The notes below the pieces were generated by a model that made no database searches, was not told where the DNA came from, and saw only the letters and a list, made by a program, of their open reading frames with translations. The position numbers and the translations under genes were made by a program. Positions 9,656 through 17,588 of a DNA stretch of 64,000 nucleotides are shown piece by piece. The stretch comes from Stellaceae bacterium (GTDB lineage Bacteria; Pseudomonadota; Alphaproteobacteria; ATCC43930; CGMCC-115725), in the NCBI GenBank assembly GCA_035504075.1, contig DATJSO010000022.1:697-64696 (forward strand). Reading direction: 5' to 3'. Within the stretch, counting starts at the first letter, position 1; the number at the start of each line of letters is the position of its first letter.

Positions 9656-10930
9656 ATGACCCGCTATGGAAACGGCCTTGTCGATGCAGATCGCGGCCTG
9701 GTCAGCCGCCGCATCTTTATCGAGCCCGACATCTACGAACAGGAATTGCAGCAGATTTTCGCGCGCTGCTGGCTGTTTCTGTGTCACGACAGCCAGATCC
9801 CGCTGCCCGGCGATTTCTTCACGACCTATATGGGCGAAGACCCGGTCTTGGTCGTGCGCGACGGCGGCGGCACGGTGCGCGCCTTTCTCAATGTCTGCCG
9901 CCATCGCGGCAACCGGCTGTGCCGCGCCGACAGTGGCAACGCCGCGAGCTTTACCTGCGCCTATCACGGCTGGACCTACCGGAACGACGGCAAACTGACC
10001 GGCGTGCCGTATCTGAAAGAGGCCTACCACGACGAACTCGACCGCGACGGTTGGGGCCTCGTACCGGTCGCCCAGCTCGACCATTACAAGGGCCTGTGGT
10101 TTGCGACGTTCGATCCCGCTGCGCCGCCGCTGCGCGACTATTTGGGCGAGATGGCGTGGTATCTCGATGCCTTCTTCGATCGCCGCGAGGGCGGCATCGA
10201 GTTGATCGGCGGCATGCATAAATGGGTCATGCCGTGCAACTGGAAGTTCCCATCAGAGAATTTTGCCGGCGACGGCTATCATGTGCATTGGAGTCATCTG
10301 TCGGCCGTGCAGACCGGGTCGGGCGGCGATTTCCGCACGACGCCGGACGAGGCGGGCAGGGCGATGTCGCCCGGCAACGGTCACAGCGTCATGTTTGCCG
10401 GTCCCGAGACCGCCGCCGACATGCCGGACCCCGCCGTTCTCGCCTATGAGGCGGCAATTCAGCCCGAGCTGCAACAGCGGCTCGGACCGCGCATTCGCCT
10501 CGGCAAGCCGGTCGCCGGCACGGTGTTCCCGAACCTGTCGATCCTGCGGCCGACGTCACGCACAATCCGTGTCTGGCATCCGCGCGGCCCCGACAAGACG
10601 GAGTGTTGGGCCTTTATCTACGTCGACAAGGCGGCCCCTCCCGAGGTCAAAAAGGCGATCCGGCTGGCCGGCGCGCGCGTCTTTGGTCCGGGCGGCACGT
10701 TCGAGCAGGATGACATGGATAATTGGCAGGGCTGCACGCAGACTGCGCGCGGCGAGGTCGCGCGACGCTATCCGCTGAGCTACGAGATGGGCCTCGGTCG
10801 CGAGCGCTTCGACCCGGAACGCGGCGCCGTCACGAGCGACTATCGCTACAGCGAGGCGAACCATCGCGGCTTCTACCGCCGCTGGGCCGAGTTGATGGCG
10901 GCCGACGGCTGGCCCGATCTCGCCGCCTGA
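9656..10930 (+). CDS. Aromatic ring-hydroxylating (Rieske non-haem iron) dioxygenase, alpha subunit
   Basis: Rieske motif CRHRGNRLC...CAYHGW, mononuclear iron region [13 protein letters not shown], and an FEQDDMDNW motif as in naphthalene/biphenyl-type alpha subunits. Confidence 0.85.
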   Translation: MTRYGNGLVDADRGLVSRRIFIEPDIYEQELQQIFARCWLFLCHDSQIPLPGDFFTTYMGEDPVLVVRDGGGTVRAFLNVCRHRGNRLCRADSGNAASFTCAYHGWTYRNDGKLTGVPYLKEAYHDELDRDGWGLVPVAQLDHYKGLWFATFDPAAPPLRDYLGEMAWYLDAFFDRREGGIELIGGMHKWVMPCNWKFPSENFAGDGYHVHWSHLSAVQTGSGGDFRTTPDEAGRAMSPGNGHSVMFAGPETAADMPDPAVLAYEAAIQPELQQRLGPRIRLGKPVAGTVFPNLSILRPTSRTIRVWHPRGPDKTECWAFIYVDKAAPPEVKKAIRLAGARVFGPGGTFEQDDMDNWQGCTQTARGEVARRYPLSYEMGLGRERFDPERGAVTSDYRYSEANHRGFYRRWAELMAADGWPDLAA

Positions 10931-10939
10931 CGCCGCCGC

Positions 10940-12007
10940 TCAGGCGTCCCGTTCGTACCATCTCCTGCTACGCAGCGCGAGGCCGACCACCGACAACATG
11001 ACCGGCACCTCGACCAGCACGCCGACCACCGTTGCGAGCGCTGCGCCCGACTGGAAGCCGAACAGCGCGATCGCTGCCGCGACCGCCAACTCGAAGAAAT
11101 TGGAGGCGCCGATCAGCGCTGACGGACAGGCGACGCTGTGCGGCACGCCGAGCGCGCGGTTGAGGCCGTACGCTATCCCGGCGTTGAGGTACACCTGGAT
11201 CACGATCGGCACCGCGAGCAGCAGGATGACCAGCGGTTGCCGGATAATCTCTTCGCCCTGAAAGCCGAACAGCAGGACGAGCGTCAGCAGCAGAGCGCCG
11301 AGCGAAGCGGGATGCAGCCGCGCCAGCGTCCGCTTCAGCGCAGCCTCGCCGCCGCCCGCGAGCAGCCAGCGGCGCCAAGCCTGCGCCGCGATCACCGGCA
11401 CGACGATGTACAACAGCACGGACAGGAACAATGTCGTCCACGGCACCGTGATCGCCGAAAGCCCGAGCAGCAGCCCGACAATCGGCGCGAAGGCGAACAC
11501 CATGATCGTGTCGTTGAGCGCCACCTGCGTCAGCGTGAAGTTCGGATCGCCACCCGACAGGTTCGACCACACAAAAACCATCGCGGTGCAGGGCGCCGCC
11601 GCCAGCAGCACGAGCCCGGCGATGTAGCTGTCGATCTGCCCCGGCGGCAGCAACGGGCGGAACAGCAGACCGATGAACAGCCAAGCGAGCAGCGCCATGC
11701 TGAATGGCTTGATCAGCCAATTCACCCCGACCGTCACCGCGATGCCGCGCCATGCCTCGGCGACCCGGTGGAGGGCGCGGAAATCGACTTTGACGAGCAT
11801 CGGCACGATCATGAGCCAGATCAGCACCGCGACCGGGACGTTAACCTGCGCCACGGTGAGCCGACCAAGGACTTGAAACGGCGCCGGCGCAGCCCGGCCA
11901 AGCACAATCCCGGCGAGGATGCACAACGCTACCCACAGCGTCAGCCAGCGCTCGAATGCACCGAGTTGCGTTGCCGGGCGCGACGAGGCATCAGCGGCGG
12001 TAGTCAC
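10940..12007 (-). CDS. acr3: ACR3-family arsenite efflux transporter
   Basis: LGAFERWLTLWVALCILAGIVLG... and a multi-TM profile typical of Acr3. The GTG start overlaps the stop of the arsC remnant (GTGA). Confidence 0.9.
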   Translation of the reverse strand: MTTAADASSRPATQLGAFERWLTLWVALCILAGIVLGRAAPAPFQVLGRLTVAQVNVPVAVLIWLMIVPMLVKVDFRALHRVAEAWRGIAVTVGVNWLIKPFSMALLAWLFIGLLFRPLLPPGQIDSYIAGLVLLAAAPCTAMVFVWSNLSGGDPNFTLTQVALNDTIMVFAFAPIVGLLLGLSAITVPWTTLFLSVLLYIVVPVIAAQAWRRWLLAGGGEAALKRTLARLHPASLGALLLTLVLLFGFQGEEIIRQPLVILLLAVPIVIQVYLNAGIAYGLNRALGVPHSVACPSALIGASNFFELAVAAAIALFGFQSGAALATVVGVLVEVPVMLSVVGLALRSRRWYERDA

Positions 12008-12249
12008 GGCGTCTCCTCTCGAACGGACGACTCGATGTCCTCGACCCGGCGCTTCAGCGCCAGGTTGGCAGGCCGAGACGGTCGAGCAGGTCCAGCGTCA
12101 ACGGATGTACTGCACCCTTTGGGCAGCTGCCGGCGCTGTAGCCGCAGAACCCGCCTTCTCCCAAGTGGTTGAGAAGCGCTTCGGCAACGATGCTGCGCGC
12201 CGAATTGCCGGTGCACAGAAACAGCACGTTGTAAATTTTTGCCGGTCAT
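12004..12249 (-). pseudogene. arsC: Arsenate reductase (LMW-PTPase type ArsC) remnant: frameshifted and internally deleted
   Basis: ATG 12249 overlaps the arsM stop (ATGA). As written, the frame reads MTGKNLQRAV... Removing one A from the A5T3 run at 12234-12240 gives MTGKIYNVLFLCTGNSARSIVAEALLNHLGEGGF..LGLPT, with a CX5R P-loop. That frame stops at 12064-12066. Only about 80 codons lie between arsM and acr3, whereas an intact ArsC needs at least 130. Confidence 0.7.
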
Positions 12250-13052
12250 CGTTTCAGTTTCACCGGCTTGCGGGCTTTGACGGTGGCGGACGCGACACAA
12301 CTCCCGAGGCCGCGCCCCGGCGCCCAGCTTTCTACGAGCTCAAGGCTCTCCGGTCGGACGTCGATCTCGACATCGACAAAGCCGGCCGCTGCGAGCCACT
12401 CCGCGATGCGGGCCGGTGGCGCCGCGCCGGCGATGCAGCCGCACAACAGCGCCGGATCGGCGGCAAGCTCGGCCGGCAGCGGCGCGATGTTGACGACATC
12501 GGCAATCGCCAGACGCCCGCCGGGCTTCAGCACGCGGTAGGCTTCACGAAAGACCTGCGCCTTGTCGGGCACCAGATTGACGACGCAATTCGACATGACG
12601 ACATCAACCGCATCGTCGGCAACCGGCAGATGCTCGATTTCGCCAAACCGGAATTCGACATTGCCGGCGCCAATGCTCGAGGCGTTGCTGCGCGCCTTCG
12701 CCAGCATCTCGTGCGTCATGTCGACGCCGATGACGCGGCCTTGTGGACCAACGCGCTCGGCCGCGAGGAAACAGTCAAAACCGGCGCCGCTGCCGAGATC
12801 GAGGACCACCTCGCCCGGCATCAGTGCCGCAATCGCCTGCGGATTGCCGCAGCCGAGGCCGAGATTGGCGCCCTCCGGCGCGGCCGCGAGTTCCGCTGCA
12901 GAATAGCCCATCCGCACGCCCCGCGCGTCCGTCGCCGGTGCGCCGCAGCAGGCGGAAGCTGCCGCCGGTGCACAACAGCCGGCCGCCCCGGGAGCCGCCG
13001 CGATCGCGCCGTAGCGGGCGCGCACCAGTGCCTTCTGTTCAGCCGCATCCAT
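12246..13052 (-). CDS. arsM: Arsenite S-adenosylmethionine methyltransferase
   Basis: SAM motif VLDLGSGAGFD; conserved Cys contexts GLGCGNP, SNCVVNL and LLCGCIAGA; Cys-rich N-terminus; sits between arsR and acr3. Confidence 0.85.
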   Translation of the reverse strand: MDAAEQKALVRARYGAIAAAPGAAGCCAPAAASACCGAPATDARGVRMGYSAAELAAAPEGANLGLGCGNPQAIAALMPGEVVLDLGSGAGFDCFLAAERVGPQGRVIGVDMTHEMLAKARSNASSIGAGNVEFRFGEIEHLPVADDAVDVVMSNCVVNLVPDKAQVFREAYRVLKPGGRLAIADVVNIAPLPAELAADPALLCGCIAGAAPPARIAEWLAAAGFVDVEIDVRPESLELVESWAPGRGLGSCVASATVKARKPVKLKR

Positions 13053-13398
13053 CGCATCGCTCCCCGGCGAGTGTCTCGTCCGGCTGGCAGAACGGCGCGG
13101 CAGCGGCGCCGCGACCGCAGCAGTTCTCGGTCAGATAGGCCAGAAGGCCGTTCATCGCGTCGTACTCGGCGGCATAGATCAGCTGCCGGCCGCGGCGGCG
13201 CTGGGTGACGAGCCCAGCATGCAGCAGCTGCTGCAGATGGAACGACAGTGACGACGGCGCCACGCCGAGCCGTTCGGCGACGGCGCCGGCCGGAAGTCCC
13301 GCCGGACCCTGCGCCACCAGCAGGCGGAAGAGCGCCAGCCTTGTTTGCTGCGCCAATGCGCTCAGCGCCGTCACGGCGCGATCGGCATCAGCATCCAT
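13039..13398 (-). CDS. arsR: ArsR/SmtB-family metalloregulator with C-terminal Cys cluster
   Basis: wHTH region LFRLL...AGAVAERLGVAPSSLSFHLQQL and C-terminal ENCCGRG...FC...CDGC. First gene of the ars operon; overlaps the arsM start by 14 nt. Confidence 0.85.
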   Translation of the reverse strand: MDADADRAVTALSALAQQTRLALFRLLVAQGPAGLPAGAVAERLGVAPSSLSFHLQQLLHAGLVTQRRRGRQLIYAAEYDAMNGLLAYLTENCCGRGAAAAPFCQPDETLAGERCDGCG

Positions 13399-13555
13399 CA
13401 GTTCGGTCTTTCAACAAATGTCGAATAGTAATCCGGCTCTCGCGCCGGCGTCAACTGCGGCGATAACGACGGCGACCTTCGTGCGGCAGCCCCGGCGATG
13501 GCGGAACGGCGGGTTTCGGCGTATTGTTGAGAAAGCAAGAGAATTGGAGCTTTCG

Positions 13556-14539
13556 ATGCCCGCCCCGGCGCGACCGTACTGGACCGGTTTTCTGAAGTTG
13601 TCGCTGGTGACGATCGGCGTGCGCCTCTATACGGCGACGACCGAGCGCGACCGGGTGCGCTTTCACCAGATCCACGAGCCATCGGGCGAGCGCGTCCGGC
13701 AGCAGCTCGTCGTTCCCGGCATCGGGCCGGTCGAGCGCGAGGAGGTCGTCAAGGGCTATGAATACGAGAAGGGCCGCTATGTCACGATTGACCCCGACGA
13801 CGTAAAGCGGCTCAAGCTCGACACGACTGACACGATCGACATCGTCGAATTTGTCGAGGCGATCGACCCGATCTACTTCGATCAGCCCTACTATCTGGTG
13901 CCCGACGGCAGCGTCGCGGAGGAGGGCTACCGGGTCATCCGCGAGGCATTGCGCCAGAGCGGCAAGACCGCGGTCGGCCGGGTCGTCATCAACGGGCAAG
14001 AGCGCACGATCGCGCTGCGCCCGCTCGGCACGGGACTTCTCGGCAACGCGGTGCGCTATGCCGACGAAGTTCGCCGGCCGGAAGATTATTTTGCCTCTAT
14101 TGCCGCCGACGCGGTCGAGGACGACCAGCTCGCGATCATGGACCAGATCATTCAACGCAAGACGCGGCCGTTCGACCCGGCGCAGTTCACCGATCGCTAT
14201 CAGGTCGCGCTGCGCGAACTGATCGACGAGAAGCTCGGCGGCAAGCTGCCTGCGGCGGAGCCGGAACGCCGGCCGGCGCAGGTCATCAACCTGATGGACG
14301 CGTTGAAGCGCAGCCTCGCCGAGGCGGAAGAGGCACCGCCGAGGGAGGAAAAGAATGCGGCGAAGCCCGCCGCACGCGGCAGGAAGGCGGCGGCGCCGCC
14401 GTCCGGCCAGCGCAACCTGCTGTTGCCGGTCTCGGGCGGCGGCGGAAGAGCCGATGCGGCCGCTCGCGCCGGATCGAGCAAGCCGGTGCCGCCTCCGGCC
14501 GGCGAAACGGCCGCCCAGAAGCGCCGCAAACGCGCCTAG
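13556..14539 (+). CDS. ku: Ku protein (non-homologous end joining)
   Basis: RPYWTGFLKLSLVTIGVRLYTA N-terminus, YEYEKGRYV, and a basic Lys/Arg-rich C-terminal tail. ATG 13556 is preceded by GGAG. Confidence 0.9.
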   Translation: MPAPARPYWTGFLKLSLVTIGVRLYTATTERDRVRFHQIHEPSGERVRQQLVVPGIGPVEREEVVKGYEYEKGRYVTIDPDDVKRLKLDTTDTIDIVEFVEAIDPIYFDQPYYLVPDGSVAEEGYRVIREALRQSGKTAVGRVVINGQERTIALRPLGTGLLGNAVRYADEVRRPEDYFASIAADAVEDDQLAIMDQIIQRKTRPFDPAQFTDRYQVALRELIDEKLGGKLPAAEPERRPAQVINLMDALKRSLAEAEEAPPREEKNAAKPAARGRKAAAPPSGQRNLLLPVSGGGGRADAAARAGSSKPVPPPAGETAAQKRRKRA

Positions 14540-14691
14540 ACTTCATCGTCCAATCGCTCTGCTTGACTGCCGCCTCGCCGCAGGCTGAGCAACAAGGCGG
14601 CAAGGCAAGGCGCGGCTCGCCAGCCCGCCGCCGCTGTGCGACAGTGTTGCCGGCGGGCGATGGCCCGCGCGACCGCCGCGGGAGGTGACGC

Positions 14692-15096
14692 ATGGCCGAC
14701 GACGAAGCGCTGTTCCAGAAAGGGATGCCGATCCGGCGCGAAGTGCTGGGGCCTGATTATGTCGATGCGGCGATGGCGCGCGCCGACGATTTCATGATGT
14801 CGTTCCAGCGCGCCACGACGGCGTGGGCGTGGGGCTGGGCATGGGGCGATGCGACGCTCGACCGCAAGACGCGCAGCCTGATCAACCTCGCGATGCTGAC
14901 GGCGCTCAACCGCGCGCCGGAGATCAAGCTGCATGTGAAGGGCGCTTTGAACAACGGCGTCACGGTCGCCGAGATCAAGGCGGCGCTGCTGCACGCCACC
15001 GCATATTGCGGCATTCCCGCCGGTCTCGACGCGTTCCGCGCCGCCCACGAGGTGCTGGTCGCCGAGGGTGCCTTGGGCGACAAGCCGCAGCGCTAG
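14692..15096 (+). CDS. Carboxymuconolactone decarboxylase (CMD/PcaC-like) family protein
   Basis: WAWGDATLDRKTRSLINLAMLTALNR...HVKGALNNGVT..EIKAALLHATAYCGIPA matches the CMD family pattern. Confidence 0.8.
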   Translation: MADDEALFQKGMPIRREVLGPDYVDAAMARADDFMMSFQRATTAWAWGWAWGDATLDRKTRSLINLAMLTALNRAPEIKLHVKGALNNGVTVAEIKAALLHATAYCGIPAGLDAFRAAHEVLVAEGALGDKPQR

Positions 15097-15103
15097 CGGA
15101 GGG

Positions 15104-16360
15104 ATGGCGATGATCGTATTGCGGAACGGGCGGCTGATCGACGGCAGCGGCGCCGCGCCGGTCACGGGTGCGACGGTCGTCGTGCGCGACAACCGCATCG
15201 CCGCGGTCGGCACCCGCAACGACGGCGACTTTCCGCCCGATGCGACAATCGTCGACTGCGCCGGCATGACGATCCTGCCGGGCCTGATCGACTGCCACGA
15301 CCACATGGCCAATCATCGCTATTCGCTTGACCATCGCTGGCGACTCGACGAGCCGGCGAGCACGCGCCACCTGCGCACCGCCAAGGTGTTGCGCGACACG
15401 CTCGCCGCCGGCTACACGACGGTCCGCGACGCCGCCGGCCTCGATGTCGGCTTCCGGCGAGCGATCGAAGAAGGGCTGATCGACGGCCCGCGCCTTGTGC
15501 TGTCGCTGTCGATCGTATCGCCCTATGGCGGCATCGGCGACGCGGTCAGCCCGTCGGGCCTGGCGCTCGACGATTGCTGCTCGATTCCCGGCGATCCGCT
15601 GTTGCCGGAGAGCGTCGCCAACGGCCCCGACGAGGTGCGCCAAGTGGTGCGCAAGATGGTGCGGGCCGGCGCCGACGTCATCAAATGCGCGACGACCGGT
15701 GGCGCCAGTTCGCGGCCGGGCCACGGACCGCGCGATGCCGCCTTCAACCTCGACGAGATGCAGGCGCTTGTCGAAGAGGCGCAAGCGCTCGACCGCCGCG
15801 TCATGTGCCATGCGCTCGGCGGCCGCGGTCTCGACATCGCGATCGCCGCCGGCGTCAACTCGATCGAGCACGGCACCTACCTGAACGAGAACCCGCGCCA
15901 CCTCGAACAGATGGCCGAGCGCGGCATCTTCTTCGTGCCGACGCTGCTGGTTTACGAATTCCACCGCAAGTCGCCGCAGCCGCACGTCAAGGAGCGCGCC
16001 CAGGCGCTCTACGAGCCGCATATTGCGAGCATCCGGCGGGCGCTCGATCTCGGCGTCAGGGTCGTCGCCGGCACCGACGCCGGCGGCCACGGCCACCCCG
16101 CCAATGCCGGCGAGTTGGCATGCCTGGTGCGCGCCGGCCTGACGCCGATGCAGGCCGTGCAGGCGGCGACCGGTTGGGCCGCCGAATGCCTCGGCCAACA
16201 GGACGAGATCGGCACGCTCGCGCCGGGCCGGCTGGCCGACCTCGCGGTCGTCCGCGGCGATCCCTTGGCGGACATCGCGCTGTTGTGCGATCCGGCCAAC
16301 ATCGCCCTCGTCGTCAAGGACGGCAAGATCGCCGCAGACCGGCTGGCGCCGACCAGCTGA
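15104..16360 (+). CDS. Metal-dependent amidohydrolase family protein
   Basis: LPGLIDCHDH metal-binding HxH and later H/D ligands (CHALG, GTDAGG). About 418 aa; start at ATG 15104 after GGAGGG. Confidence 0.8.
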   Translation: MAMIVLRNGRLIDGSGAAPVTGATVVVRDNRIAAVGTRNDGDFPPDATIVDCAGMTILPGLIDCHDHMANHRYSLDHRWRLDEPASTRHLRTAKVLRDTLAAGYTTVRDAAGLDVGFRRAIEEGLIDGPRLVLSLSIVSPYGGIGDAVSPSGLALDDCCSIPGDPLLPESVANGPDEVRQVVRKMVRAGADVIKCATTGGASSRPGHGPRDAAFNLDEMQALVEEAQALDRRVMCHALGGRGLDIAIAAGVNSIEHGTYLNENPRHLEQMAERGIFFVPTLLVYEFHRKSPQPHVKERAQALYEPHIASIRRALDLGVRVVAGTDAGGHGHPANAGELACLVRAGLTPMQAVQAATGWAAECLGQQDEIGTLAPGRLADLAVVRGDPLADIALLCDPANIALVVKDGKIAADRLAPTS

Positions 16361-16380
16361 GCGCGAAGCGGCGCGGCGGA

Positions 16381-16818
16381 TTACTTCTTCGCCGCCAGCA
16401 GATCGCGCAGGCCGCGCAGCGCCAGTTCATAGCCGGCGACGCCGAACCCGGCGACGATGCCGTGGCTGACCGCGGCAGTCTGCGATGCCGGCCCGCGGCG
16501 GATCGGGTTCGAGATGTGGACTTCGATCGTCGGAAACCTGACCTGCGACAGCGCGGCGACCAGCGCCGGATAGCCTGAGCCGAACGCCGCCGGGTTGAAG
16601 ATCGCGGCGTCGATGCCGCGGTCGTTGGCTTCATACAGCCGGTTGACGATCTCGCCTTCGATGTTGGAATGGAAAATTTCCACCTCGAGGCCGAGTTCGC
16701 TCGCATAGCTGCGGATGCGCTGATCGTATTCCGGCAATGTCATCGGCCCGAAAATTTCGGTCTGCACTTTTCCCCGCATGTTCATGCCGGCGCCGTGGAC
16801 GACAAGAATTCGTGGCAT
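16381..16818 (-). CDS. Type II 3-dehydroquinate dehydratase-fold protein with non-canonical active-site motifs
   Basis: Collinear with AroQ (ELGL, SNxEGE, NPAA, IEVHISN, GxGxxGYxLAL). However, the NGPNLN..REPxxYG and THTS motifs are replaced (see findings). Confidence 0.75.
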   Translation of the reverse strand: MPRILVVHGAGMNMRGKVQTEIFGPMTLPEYDQRIRSYASELGLEVEIFHSNIEGEIVNRLYEANDRGIDAAIFNPAAFGSGYPALVAALSQVRFPTIEVHISNPIRRGPASQTAAVSHGIVAGFGVAGYELALRGLRDLLAAKK

Positions 16819-16861
16819 CGATCGCTCCTCTCTTTTTTCGGTCACATACGCACGATTCGGC

Positions 16862-17506
16862 TCAGGCAGCGGCAGCGAAACCCTTCAAGACCTCGGCCTC
16901 GTACGCGAGGACCTTCTGCACGCTTGGACGCTGCTGCATGCGCGCGAAATGCGCCTGGCAATTCCGGTACTGCGCGAGGTCGAGCCTGAACTGCGTGGCG
17001 CGGCGAAAGCACCAGAAGAAATGCGCATCGACCGCCGTGAAATGGTCAAAGAACCAGTCGCGCCCGGCCAGCATCTCATCCGCAATCTGGAAGTTCTCAT
17101 ATAGCTGTTCGGCCGCCAGCCGGCGCACCGATTCCTCGGCGTCCGGCCTGTCGCAGACGCGCGGCGGCGCGTTGATGCGCGACAGGAACGGATGGATGCC
17201 CGAGGCGCACCATGCCAGCAGCGAGATCGCCCGTACCTCCTGCATCGGCTCGCTCGGCAACAATCGCGCCGCCGGAAAATTGCGCGAGATCCACAGCTGG
17301 ATCGCGACATTTTCGGTCAGCGGCTGCCCGTCGACCAGCAGCGTCGGCACCTTGTGCTTGGGGTTGAGCCGCAGATAGTCAGGCGACCGGTTTTCGCCCT
17401 GACGGAAATTCAGCGGGCGCACTTCGAACGCCGCATCGGCCTCGGTCAATGTCACGTAGGGAACCAGCGCGCACGTGATCGGCGCGTAATAAAGGATCAG
17501 CGGCAT
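16862..17506 (-). CDS. Glutathione S-transferase
   Basis: N-terminal thioredoxin-like part (LILYY..., NPKHKVPTLLVDG, LTENVAI) plus a helical C-terminal domain; 214 aa. Confidence 0.85.
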   Translation of the reverse strand: MPLILYYAPITCALVPYVTLTEADAAFEVRPLNFRQGENRSPDYLRLNPKHKVPTLLVDGQPLTENVAIQLWISRNFPAARLLPSEPMQEVRAISLLAWCASGIHPFLSRINAPPRVCDRPDAEESVRRLAAEQLYENFQIADEMLAGRDWFFDHFTAVDAHFFWCFRRATQFRLDLAQYRNCQAHFARMQQRPSVQKVLAYEAEVLKGFAAAA

Positions 17507-17588
17507 CGACGACCTCCTGTCTTGCGACCGGCGAGATTTGCGAATTTTTTACCATCGTGCTAGAGAAACCGACGGGGTGGAGTAACGA

